A stretch of DNA of 63,542 bases, filler included, from Stramenopiles sp. TOSAG23-2 (taxonomy: Eukaryota): assembly GCA_900128395.1 (NCBI GenBank). It is 19 parts of 19 records of this genome, joined end to end, with 100 filler letters (N's around TTAATTAATTAA, not from the genome) between each part and the next. Parts side by side here need not be neighbours in the genome. Positions count along the whole stretch, not along the records: positions 20,921 to 24,296 come from LT651233.1; positions 24,397 to 27,771 come from LT651234.1; positions 27,872 to 31,243 come from LT651235.1; positions 31,344 to 34,715 come from LT651236.1; positions 34,816 to 38,185 come from LT651237.1; 14 more parts are not named here. One strand, 5' to 3'. The stretch's first letter is position 1. Every line of letters starts with the position of its first letter. Under the pieces are notes generated by a model. It ran no database searches and had not been told where the DNA came from. It saw only the letters and a list, made by a program, of their open reading frames with translations. Positions 24,001-35,203 of this stretch are shown one piece after another. The translations under genes and the position numbers were made by a program.

Positions 24001-24296
24001 TTCCCGTTGTAATCGCGCTTCCTTCTTCTCGTTATCAATAATACCCCGTTTGCTTACAACAACATCTAACGCATTGCTGAATCGGTCTAATGTGACGACA
24101 TCCAAATCAAGCATTTTTTTCAAATGTTGTCTATCATAAAGCAATCCTGGGTAAGCATCAATGATCGTTTTCGTCTTCGCGGTTTTTCTGCCTATGCCAA
24201 GATCCACTTCTTTCGCGTTATCATAAACAATCATAAATGGAGGCTGTAGATTTTCTTTATCATGTGATGTTATGTTTTCAGGGTGTCTTCCAAGGT
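21055..24296 (-). CDS. Tyrosyl-DNA phosphodiesterase 1-like protein fused to an N-terminal HAD IIIA (PNK 3'-phosphatase/GmhB-like) domain; 5'-truncated
   Basis: TDP1 motifs YHAKFVLL...VVISTGN, PHIKLY, YDFS...LLTSIPG and RNWEMGVLF. HAD IIIA motifs IAIVSNQEGV, RRKPSVTM and LMFGSKPIEDESLAKSLGIDF. The frame is open to the contig end upstream of 24234. Confidence 0.8.
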
Positions 24297-24395
24297 NNNN
24301 NNNNNNNNNNNNNNNNNNNNNNNNNNNNNNNNNNNNNNNNTTAATTAATTAANNNNNNNNNNNNNNNNNNNNNNNNNNNNNNNNNNNNNNNNNNN

Positions 24396-25079
24396 NGTAT
24401 TGGTGATATCGTATGTATATGAAAAATAAAAATTTTTCGTCAAATCAAGTTGTAAAAATAATTGTTTTAATTTCTTTATATAATTATTATTATTAGTAGT
24501 AGTAGTATTGGTATTACTGTTACTATTTCGTTTCATTGTTGATGATTTTTTATTATGATGTTTCATCTTTGTATTATTATTATTATTCGCATCATCGTTA
24601 TTATTTAAATTGATCTGTATCAATTCAACAGCTTTAATGGTATATACAATAGAACGATTGATTTCACCAACTTTTTCTTTTTCCGTAACAACATATATAT
24701 AAAAATCATCTTTTAATTGAATAATACCAATAATTAAACAGGCTGTACATATTTTCTTATATGTTGTATCCATTAATTTTAACTTATCCAACCGTTGATT
24801 GATCTCTTCCATCGTACATAAATTCTCTTTTTCAAATTGTAACGATATATCCGTATTAGATTTTTCACGATCAATATTTAATACTTGAATTTTCGTTGCA
24901 TTGTAATTAGTTCCCACTACATGTAGATAGCTAGATGTACCATATATGTCAAATTGTGTAAATTGTGTATTTAATTTTGGAAATGCATAAAATATACGTT
25001 TGTTATTATTGTTATTATTATTATTTTGTTTCATAGATTTGTTTTTCATTGTAGTAAAAGATGATGACGATGGTATCAT
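24396..25079 (-). CDS. SAC-domain phosphoinositide phosphatase (FIG4-like), N-terminal fragment
   Basis: LHVVGTN...VLNIDR, LIIGIIQLKDDFYIYVVTEKEKVGEI...VYTI and LDLTKNFYFSYTYDITN. Confidence 0.85.
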
Positions 25080-25503
25080 TGTTAGAATTTGTTGATGTTA
25101 ACAATGGTAGCATTAATAAGAAGGAGACAGGGATGGGAGACACTGGACTTATGCATATGAATATAATATATCATCATAGTCCAATTATTATAAACAACAA
25201 CAAGAGATCACATCACATTCAACTGCTATACATGTAGTATATATAATATAATAATAATATTATAGAATTGGGCCCTACGCACCAATGTATTATTTCACAT
25301 CGTCGCATATTGAAATATGAATAACAAATAAGTCTACTATTTTACAGGTTGAAAAAGGATAACGACTATATATATATATATATATNNNNNNNNNNNNNNN
25401 NNNNNNNNNNNNNNNNNNNNNNNNNNNNNNNNNNNNNNNNNNNNNNNNNNNNNNNNNNNNNNNNNNNNNNNNNNNNNNNNNNNNNNNNNNNNNNNNNNNN
25501 NNN

Positions 25504-25538
<35 letters not shown>

Positions 25539-25651
25539 GAAGTTCTGTATAATATAGTATATATCTTTTTGTATATAGTAGTAATTGAATAATATATTAA
25601 ATATAATTGGAGAAAAATCTTCTTTTAACAATTTAAATTATAAGCAACACA

Positions 25652-26935
25652 ATGAAAATCTATAATAATAATAATAAAATTACAACATTTCCACATCATC
25701 ACCATCGCAACGCAATAACATTGTCTCTTGTCATTTTTTCCCTCATAATACAACCTATTACATGTTGGTGGGGTGTATCCCATATGTTAACAGCAGAAGT
25801 AGCGAAAAAAACATTATCACCTACAACATTAAAATGTGTAACAAAAGCAATTCAAAACGATTATTATCCTGATTATTCTGATTTTATTACAGCATCTTTA
25901 TGGTCTGATCATATAAAAGCGAGTCCACCACCATTTGGATTGGATTATACTGGTGGTACACGAGCATATAATGAATGGCATTTCATAGATTTCCCATATT
26001 CATCATCATCTTCCTATACGTGTGATACGAAAAAAGAAGAAAATGTTGTATGGGCTTTAGAACGTTTAACAACTGAACATGGTAGACATGAATTAACAAG
26101 TAGAGGCCCAGTTATTATATCACCTGGTGTTGCATTACGAATGGCTATACATTTTATTGGTGATATACATCAACCGTTGCATTGTATATCGCATTGTGAT
26201 AGTTCTAGTCCAAAAGGCGATAGAGGTGGAAATTCATTTTACATTGATAATGGAAATTATTCAGTAAATGTTAAAAATTTACATGCATTTTGGGATAGTG
26301 GTGGTGGACAATTTGATTATGTAGAAGATCATTTTTCAGAAAAAGAACAAGCATTGAAAGTACCAAATATTGCGAAAAATATATTAAATGAATTTCCAAA
26401 ATCCGATTTTGATTCTGATGGTATTAAAATTGATTCTGACATTGATAATATCAATGTGTTTTTAAGATGGGGGGAAGAAAGTTTTAATTTAGCAAAAACT
26501 ATTGCATATGATCCAAAGTTAAAACGAATTGAAACTTGTGGTAAACATTCAAATTGTGCAAAGATTCCAAATACATATCGTGAAATGGCACAAACATTGA
26601 TACGTAAACGTATTGCATTAGGTGGATATCGTCTTGCTGCATATATTGAACAATATTTTTCACCAACAATATTAAATTGTAAAGATAATAATAATAGTAA
26701 TGAGAATGCAAATGATAAACATGGTGGAATTACAGTTGGTATTTTTATCTTCATGCTTATTATTATGTTTATTCTTGGTATTGGTTTTGGTATGTTTATT
26801 TTAAATAAATTATATCAACGAAATGGTAATAATAATAATAATATGTTTTCATATCAAGCACAAGTTGATGATAATAATCGAAATCATGATATTGAATTTA
26901 CAGAAATGGTTGGAAATGTTGATAGTAATGTTTGA
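25652..26935 (+). CDS. S1/P1-family nuclease with signal peptide and C-terminal TM anchor
   Basis: WWGVSHMLTA, LWSDHIK, WHFID, HFIGDIHQPLH, DRGGN, NLHAFWD and IALGGYRLA; TM GITVGIFIFMLIIMFILGIGFGMFIL. Confidence 0.93.
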   Translation: MKIYNNNNKITTFPHHHHRNAITLSLVIFSLIIQPITCWWGVSHMLTAEVAKKTLSPTTLKCVTKAIQNDYYPDYSDFITASLWSDHIKASPPPFGLDYTGGTRAYNEWHFIDFPYSSSSSYTCDTKKEENVVWALERLTTEHGRHELTSRGPVIISPGVALRMAIHFIGDIHQPLHCISHCDSSSPKGDRGGNSFYIDNGNYSVNVKNLHAFWDSGGGQFDYVEDHFSEKEQALKVPNIAKNILNEFPKSDFDSDGIKIDSDIDNINVFLRWGEESFNLAKTIAYDPKLKRIETCGKHSNCAKIPNTYREMAQTLIRKRIALGGYRLAAYIEQYFSPTILNCKDNNNSNENANDKHGGITVGIFIFMLIIMFILGIGFGMFILNKLYQRNGNNNNNMFSYQAQVDDNNRNHDIEFTEMVGNVDSNV

Positions 26936-27627
26936 AAAGTGGGTAGGGTGAGGGGAAGATGAAAAGGTGTGTGATACAAAAATATGTCGTATTTTTATAA
27001 AAATAAAACTTACGAACTTTGTAAGATTTTAACCATCATGATGTGTGTCAAATACAAAATCCGAAAGGGGGCAAGGACGGCCGGATTTCTCTGGACACCA
27101 GCCAGAGATTTTCCTTGCCAGTTGCCAAGTACCATAGATCTTCCAGGTCCAAATCTACGTTCTCCCAGAGATGCATACGTGCGTACGTGCGTACGGCCGG
27201 ATAACAGGATGATTTTTCACATTTCAATTAAATCATTTTCACATCAGTTCAGAGAGGAGGATATTCGCTCCACACCCCTACTAATATATAGTTTTAGTTT
27301 TATTTTTATGTACTTGAAAAAAAAAAAGTGAAATTAGAAATACAACATACCAGGTAGCCTTTATAGATACCAGGTATAGCGAAAGTCCACAAGAATCATC
27401 TACTCCTTCCTCAATATATTAATATGTGCATATGCCGTTCTATTTACCTTTTACCTTGTAATTTGTAAATAATGCCACAACAAGATCAAAAAAAAAGGAT
27501 CACGGATCTCACAACCTCTGATGAAAATGTGGTGCTACCTTAGTGCTATAGCGTGCTATAGTCGATCAGATCTAAATCGACAATCAACACCCCCCTCCGA
27601 TTTTACAAAAAAAAATTAAAAAAATAA

Positions 27628-27771
27628 AGTACAATATTAGTATACATTAATATAACAACTTGATAGGAAATCGACAAAAAAATGTAACAATTTTGTACTT
27701 TTTTAACTTCGAAATTATTTTTTCTCGATTTCCTATCAAGTTGTTACATTAAAGTATACTGATATTGTACT
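27628..27771. repeat. Imperfect ~54-bp inverted repeat (foldback / MITE-like) at contig end
   Basis: AGTACAATATTAGTATACATTAATATAACAACTTGATAGGAAATCGACAAAAAA (27628-27681) matches the reverse complement of 27718-27771 with 4 mismatches. Confidence 0.85.
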
Positions 27772-28465
27772 NNNNNNNNNNNNNNNNNNNNNNNNNNNNN
27801 NNNNNNNNNNNNNNNTTAATTAATTAANNNNNNNNNNNNNNNNNNNNNNNNNNNNNNNNNNNNNNNNNNNNAGTACTTAAAACTATAGTATGGAGATTTT
27901 TTGTTATTTTCTATAGTATGATAATTCTCCCTAGGAAGTTTTTTTTAATATACGGAAATAGCACTGTAGAAATTAGCATGGACACAGGTCTTTCAACATT
28001 TTACTCTTGAAAATTGTGTTTTTCTGCCATGTTTTCTGTTGTTCATTTCCTATCATATTTATACTTAATGTCGTCCTTTTCATATACTCAGTAGATTTGT
28101 AGTGTTTTATATATTTGATAGGCCAGATTAGGTATTTTTTGTACTTGAGAGAAGAAGTCTTCACTTCGTTTTAATTTGTTTTTTTTTTTTATTTTCAGCA
28201 GTTAAAATTCAAAAACGTGCAAACGACCCGACGTATTCTACGTATTATTACCACAATCTGTAAACATATATATATATTGTAATATTCACAACCTCAAGTT
28301 TATATTCCCATGTTTATTCCTTCGATCACATAGAGATAAATTTTCCATAGATAGATAGACCAATATATAACATACTATTACTTTTTACAGTAAGTCATGA
28401 ATCAAAATTAATAAAATTTCCATGCATATATAATATACAATAGATAATTATTTTTACAGTAAGTC

Positions 28466-29542
28466 ATGAATCAAAATCAATGGACCGCGTTCAAAGACAT
28501 TATGGCTGGTTCGTTTGGTGGTATGGTTGGGACCTTTTTGGGGCAACCGGCAGATGTTATTAAAACTAGGATGCAAACTATGAATTTTACAAACCCAATA
28601 TACACTTCAAATTTACATTGTGTCAAAGAAATTGTACGCATAGAAGGCGTCGGTGGTTTTTTTAAAGGTATAATACCACCTCTAGTGTCAAGCATTCCCA
28701 TTAATGCTATAATTTTTCCTGTGCAACACATATCGCTTGCTTATATTTCTGAATCAGATAGAAAACCAAATGGATCCGAAAATGCATTTGCTGGTGGAAT
28801 TGCTGGTTTCGTTCAATCACCAATAGCATCTGTTAATGAACTACTTAAAATACAACTGCAAAGTAATCGTCAAGGTGAAATGCAATCCATCATGTATCGA
28901 ATGAAACATCTTGTAAAGACACAAGGTGTGAACAATGGTTTATTTAGAGGTTTATCATTAACAATTTTGCGAGATGTTCCTGGCTTTAGCATATATTTTT
29001 ATAGTTATGATTTGAGCATACGTCAGATATCTATATTTCGTCAATTTTTAAAAGAATTTAATTCAATTGATATAGATCATAATGATGATAATGCCAAATC
29101 AATACCACCAAATGAAATAATAATCGATGAATTTACAGCCTTGGTTGGACCAAGGTTTGTGGTGAATGATGATACAGATGATTATGAACAACTATATGAT
29201 TCTCTGGCATCATTTGTCGGTGGAGGAATTGCTGGTGTAATGTCGTGGTTATTTACATTGCCTATTGATTGTTTGAAGACGATTGTCCAAGCACCTGCTG
29301 AGAGAAGTGAAAAAGACAAAGTTCCTCATAAATTTACGGAGCCTAGACGACCAGTTATGGAAATTGCAAAGGCTGGTTACAAAAGCAATGGTATATCTTT
29401 CTTTTTTCGAGGTTTAAAACCAACTCTAATACGTGCCTTTTTTGTTAATGCTGGTGTGTTTGTTGGGTATGAATTGCTTATGGATAAAATGAAATTATTT
29501 GATAAATATTTTGATGACGAAGTGGAAGATATTGAGTTCTAA
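28466..29542 (+). CDS. Mitochondrial carrier (SLC25), carnitine/basic amino acid carrier-like
   Basis: PADVIKTRMQ, VNELLKIQLQ and PIDCLKTIVQ signatures; GFFKG, GLFRGL..TILRDVPG and FFRGLKPTLIRAF. Confidence 0.93.
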   Translation: MNQNQWTAFKDIMAGSFGGMVGTFLGQPADVIKTRMQTMNFTNPIYTSNLHCVKEIVRIEGVGGFFKGIIPPLVSSIPINAIIFPVQHISLAYISESDRKPNGSENAFAGGIAGFVQSPIASVNELLKIQLQSNRQGEMQSIMYRMKHLVKTQGVNNGLFRGLSLTILRDVPGFSIYFYSYDLSIRQISIFRQFLKEFNSIDIDHNDDNAKSIPPNEIIIDEFTALVGPRFVVNDDTDDYEQLYDSLASFVGGGIAGVMSWLFTLPIDCLKTIVQAPAERSEKDKVPHKFTEPRRPVMEIAKAGYKSNGISFFFRGLKPTLIRAFFVNAGVFVGYELLMDKMKLFDKYFDDEVEDIEF

Positions 29543-29605
29543 AAAATACAGCACACGTAATTTTTGTGCGTGGAGTAAAAAGTAAAATTTTTTTATAAAG
29601 ATTCT

Positions 29606-29740
29606 TTTTTTCATTAACTGCAAGTTGATACCATCTATTTATACCTTCATTGGTATTTCTCTATTATGAGGGTTTACAACAATAGTATCTAGGTATCATG
29701 AGTAAATTATATAAAAAAATAAATTATGCGTAAAATTAAA
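29606..29740 (+). mobile_element. Degenerate copy of the retrotransposon-derived dispersed repeat
   Basis: AGTTGATACCATCTATTT..ACCTTCATTGGTATTTCTCTATTATG...TATCATGAGTAAATT...AAATTATGCGT aligns with 55764-55940. Confidence 0.65.
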
Positions 29741-29808
29741 AAATATGTATTTTCGCATTCGCAAAAAATGTGGTGTTATCATATAATATGATTACTTTTA
29801 GTGTCCTT

Positions 29809-31056
29809 TTATTTTCGTAAAGCCCTTTGGATTTGATATTCATGTATTGAATTTTTCGCTTTCTCTCTAGCTTCTTTTGCTCTACGCTGAATTAACTTGT
29901 GTGCGCGGTATCCAGGCTCTTTTTTCAATTTTGCCCATCGATGGAAATCTTCCTCATTCATCTCAAACATTGGATCAAAAACTAGTTTTTCCTCACCACC
30001 AGATATTGTATTGGTTACTTCATTTTTTAAATTATCAAAACGTTTTCCTAATAAATATTTCGGATCACGACGCATAGTCTCCCATTCTGAATCAGCTAGT
30101 CGAAATTCTTGAGTAGCTTTTTTCATTTTAGCTAGGTTATCTTCCCTATTTTGCCTGATATCTGCACACAGTTGAACTAATTTAATATTTGATATATCAT
30201 TTACTGGACCTTCTTCCATAACATCGTCTACTTGTTCAAAACGACGAAAACCGTATATAGGTTTGTCTTTATTTTTACCAATCATTAACAAAGGTTTTTT
30301 TGCAGCTTTTTTATTTCGTCTATTCTTAGTACTATTGTCAATTTTGGTGGGAGATGTATTTAATTTTTGTGTTGCTTCTTTTTGTAATCTTTGCGTAAGT
30401 AATTTTGCACGCTGTTTTGATGATAATTTTAATTCTTTTAATCTATTTTTGTGTTCCAGATATACTTCTTTAGCTTGTTGTTTCTTCGCTGCTCTAACTT
30501 CTTCTGCAATGATTAATTTTACGAGTTCTTTGTTTTGCTCATATTTTTTAGTCGAAACCCTTCTAGGAAAATCATAATTTAATTGTACAGCTAGTTTTTG
30601 GTTATAATTATCGAATTCTTTCGTCGATATGGTATTTATTTCATCTTGTGATAATGTTTTACTCCAAGGTCTCCTACGTTGATGCACCGGGCTTTCAGCT
30701 AAATCCATTTCTGCTATCATTTCTCTATTTTTAGCTCTATGCTCCTCATACATGTCTTTCAACATTGGTCTAAATTTTATTTGTATGCTTTTACTACTAT
30801 CTCTCCTTTGCGCTCTGGGCGGCGGCGACAGAACGGCTTGGTGCAATACATCTTCTCCTTCGTCATCATCAACTGCACCTATTAATTCCATCGATTTTTT
30901 TCTTAATAATCGTGTTTTTCTTAAAGTAATTTTACTTTGTATTTTTGGATTAAATGTTGTCCATACATTGGTTGGTTTTTGCTCTGGCAAATATTCTTCA
31001 CCATCTATCACATGTATATCATCATCATTATTCATGTTTCTTATTGTTTCCTTCAC
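29809..31056 (-). CDS. Hypothetical charged coiled-coil protein
   Basis: 415-aa uninterrupted ORF, K/E/R-rich; no recognised domain. Confidence 0.75.
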   Translation of the reverse strand: MKETIRNMNNDDDIHVIDGEEYLPEQKPTNVWTTFNPKIQSKITLRKTRLLRKKSMELIGAVDDDEGEDVLHQAVLSPPPRAQRRDSSKSIQIKFRPMLKDMYEEHRAKNREMIAEMDLAESPVHQRRRPWSKTLSQDEINTISTKEFDNYNQKLAVQLNYDFPRRVSTKKYEQNKELVKLIIAEEVRAAKKQQAKEVYLEHKNRLKELKLSSKQRAKLLTQRLQKEATQKLNTSPTKIDNSTKNRRNKKAAKKPLLMIGKNKDKPIYGFRRFEQVDDVMEEGPVNDISNIKLVQLCADIRQNREDNLAKMKKATQEFRLADSEWETMRRDPKYLLGKRFDNLKNEVTNTISGGEEKLVFDPMFEMNEEDFHRWAKLKKEPGYRAHKLIQRRAKEAREKAKNSIHEYQIQRALRK

Positions 31057-31343
31057 TATTGTATTATTGTTATTATGTTATTATAGAAATATATGTATAT
31101 ATATATATGTATCCACATACACACTCATATGTATATACTTACATAAATACATTTTAAGTGTTGTGGACAATGAATAACGTCTAGTTGTTTACAACATTCG
31201 CCTGCCAGGCAAGGACCCCTGCCCTGAAATATCATAAGTAATTNNNNNNNNNNNNNNNNNNNNNNNNNNNNNNNNNNNNNNNNNNNNTTAATTAATTAAN
31301 NNNNNNNNNNNNNNNNNNNNNNNNNNNNNNNNNNNNNNNNNNN

Positions 31344-34010
31344 TTATATGCACCAACATATACATTACCATTAGCCCATGTAAATGTACCTTTTCCATGT
31401 ATCTTATGATCTTTAAAGTCACCAACATATACACTACCACTAGCCCATGTATATGTACCTTTTCCATTTCTCTTATCATCTTTAAAGTCACCAACATATT
31501 CATGACCATTAGCATATGTATATGTACCTTTTCCATCCCGATTATCATATTTCCAATCACCTTCATAAACATCACCTGCATAATGGTTAAGATGCTTTTC
31601 CGAATGATTTGAATCTTCTACATATACCATTTTACCTTTTCCATGCCGTTTACCATCTTTCATTTGACCTTCATATACTTTACCATCGTCATATGTTTTT
31701 TTCACCCCTTCAAATTCTTTCACTTTCCTTCGTAGGTTTTCCAACTCATTGTTTATGGTTAAGATGCTTTTCCGAATGATTTGAATCTTCTACATATACC
31801 ATTTTACCTTTTCCATGCCGTTTACCATCTTTCATTTGACCTTCATATACTTTACCATCGTCATATGTTTTTTTCACCCCTTCAAATTCTTTCACTTTCC
31901 TTCGTAGGTTTTCCAACTCATTGTTTTGCTCATTCATTTTTTGTTGTTCCAATATTTGAACATGATTGACTGATAAATCTTCACGTTTCACATCTTCAAT
32001 CTTAAATTTAAATTCAAGATTATATTTTTTAAACTCAAATATATCATCATACTGTTTTAAAACAGATTGATGGAAATCTCTTAACGATAATGTTTTTAAT
32101 ATACCAATATGTTCATCAGATAATAAAACTGATGTTGATATGCCTAATATATTATGCAATAATGTATTAATGTTCATTTCAACATTATACATACTTGTCA
32201 AATCAAAATCATCGTAATCTAAATCAAATAATGAACAATACCATTGTACATCTTCATTATATGTTAATGGAAATGATTCTAATGTTTTTGCTTCAACATC
32301 AGTATTATCAACAGACATACAAAAGTCACGTAGTAATTCTAATCCATCATCATATTCTATTCTACTTTGTTCATTTCTCTCATCATCTGCCAATGCCAAT
32401 GAAGAAACAACTGGAATTGTATTGTTTAAACGTGCCAATAAACCTTGACGAAGCATTGCATAATGTGCTAATAATGGTGCATATAAAACAGCTACTTCAT
32501 ATAATGAACAATTATTAGATAAGTTAAAAACAGATCTAGTAATACATTCTAAAAGTTTTGGAATTTCCTCCTTGTTTTTTTCTTCAAGTTCTATCACTGC
32601 TTTTTCCATATTATCAGTTACCAATTCCTGCATAACACATGCATCAATCCATGTAATCGTTGTAAATATATACATTGACATATAATGCAACATGTTATCA
32701 TTATTTTCATCTTCTATAAAATATCCATATCGAGCTATTGCCTCACTACAATCATCTTTTAAATCAGCTATCTCCCTACCATCATCTCTATCTAAGTCGT
32801 TCTTTGATAATTTATGCGATAAGTTCTTCATATTAAGTTTAATTTTACGAATTTGTATCAATTCTTCCTTTTTGTTGTGTTCTTTAAAATCATTTTTAAC
32901 ACTTTTAAAACCGTCTTGTAGTTCTATATGTAACTGTTCTAATTTATCTAAAATATCACCTTGGCCATTTAATAATGCTGCGGACATTTGTTTTTGTTCA
33001 TCCAATGCATGGTTGATAGTTTCCATTGCATTTGTCATATAACCAGATAAATCTAAGACTTGTTCTCCAACATTATTAATATTATCAATAATATCAATAT
33101 TCATTACGTCTAATTTTGTATCCAATTGCTCAGCAACGCTATTAATATTATTACCCAATTGCTCAGCAACGCTTTTAATATTATTATTAATTTTTTCATC
33201 AATTCGATGTATTGCAACACCTAATTGATCCACTTTCCCATCAACAAGGTTAAGTTTTTTATCGACATTTTGAACCATTTTTTTTGTTTGACGAACTTGA
33301 TAGGCAGTATATACGCCAACGCCTAAATTTACTACGCCTAAAGCAACACTTACCCCAGCAAGTCCTCCTGCTGCTTTCAGTCCACCTTTCATTAAAGTCT
33401 TAGCGCCTGAACCCAAATTTGATGCGGCGCGTTTCATTAAACTACTTGAACGTCGTTTTAAAAGTTTCTTAACGTTTTTTTTTATTGCTTTTTTAGCTTT
33501 CTTTTTGATTGCTTTTTTAACTTTCTTTTTAGCACCTTTAATAATATAACCTTTTAAGACTTTTTTTGCTTTTTTATATTCTTTAAACATTTTCTTCTTT
33601 GTTTTCTTTTTTACGTATTTATATGCTTCTTCGGCTTCTTTGTTAGCAAACTCTTTAAATTCATTTACGATCTCATCTGCTTTCCCGTTGACCCATTTTT
33701 TCGATCCTTCTTCCATCTCATTTACTTTTTCGTTGCCCCATTTTTGCACATCTTTTTTGGCATCATCCACAATCTGCTTCCCTTTTTCTGAAACCGATGG
33801 AAGTTTATTTTCCAAAGATGCAAATAGTTTATGAAAACGCGTTAGATGGCCATTTTTTACACCAAAACCTTTTAAATCGTCATCGTCGATGCCTTCTGTC
33901 AAGTCAGAAGGGAAATTGTATCCTTCATCATCAAGTGTCTCAAGATATTGTTCAAGTTTAAACGTTTTAAATAATTGTTCCATTTCATTATCAGCTACAA
34001 ATTCCGACAT
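31344..34010 (-). CDS. SAM domain - hydrophobic Gly-rich segment - coiled coil - MORN repeat protein; split by a 172-bp duplication, 3'-truncated
   Basis: SAM-like LFKTFKLEQYLETLDDEGY...DDDDLKGFGVKNGHLTRF; hydrophobic AAGGLAGVSVALGVVNLGVGVYTAY; heptad region; MORN repeats YEGQMKDGKRHGKG and YVGDFKDDKRNGKGTYTW. Probable start MSEF at 34010. Confidence 0.82.
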
Positions 34011-35203
34011 CTTCCTGCTTAAATAAGTATTGTTACGATTAAGTATATGTTTTTCTCTATAAAATTTTCGGTATATAATAGTATAAACGCTTTTCAATAT
34101 TGGTTTTGAAATAGTAATATATATGTGCAAGTTGGGAACAAAGTTGTACAGATATTATTATACATGTTTTATTTAGGTTGCATTTATTCATTCTTTTAGT
34201 TTTGAGTTTTGATAAATGATAAAGATAAAAGAAGGTGTGTGTATGCTGGTGGTATGCTGGTATGGGTGGTGGTGGGATTTGTTGATGTGGCTGTGATGAA
34301 ACAAAGATAGTATAACATCCAAAATAACCATTATCTTTCTTAATTTACATTTCATAACTTTACATAAAATGTTTTTCATCAATATCCGATATTAATAACC
34401 AAATCACTATGATGATCTTCCATTGTCTATTGTTGTTTCAAATTGTTATATGGACCCATAAATCATATTAATTTATATCCAATATTATAATATATTTTCG
34501 GACGATGAATCTAATTTTAAGAATTATATTTCCGAAATGCTTTGATAGAAACATATATTTATTTATACATTATCTTAGTATTATACCATTGTATATCTTT
34601 TTATAATAAACTATAAGACTAAATTAAAAATCTTCGATTACCCCATTTTTTCTCAAAAAAAGAAACCCAGCCGGGCCGGACACAAGACTTCATAGAATAC
34701 AAACATATATACTTGNNNNNNNNNNNNNNNNNNNNNNNNNNNNNNNNNNNNNNNNNNNNTTAATTAATTAANNNNNNNNNNNNNNNNNNNNNNNNNNNNN
34801 NNNNNNNNNNNNNNNAACATTGCGATAGACTTCATTGAAATCTACAGAGTGTGCCAATATTTTTAAGATATAAAAACATTGGTGGAGGTAAATAGAATGC
34901 AATTAACACATTATATGCATCAATTGAAAACCGTAAAAAATATTATATACGAAGCGTTCGTATATGTATACAAATTATTGTGCGCGACAGGGTTTTTTTA
35001 AGACCCGGGCCTCGGATTAATAGAGTAATGTTTGATAGTAATAATATGGGTAAATTGTACTTTAAAGTTAAATATTCTGTACTTTAAAGTGTAATTATTT
35101 TTTATGATTCGGCATGTTTCTATCAAGCAAAGGTCACTCTACAGATTGTCCAGGTCTCTTCTCATATTAAAAGAACGAAAAAGCCTTTGCTTTGGTGCTT
35201 TAT

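Noticed and set aside
31170-31228. 22-bp hairpin motif as a Helitron 3' end
   Set aside because: The nearest CTAG is about 23 nt away and not followed by T; the second copy lacks CTRR.
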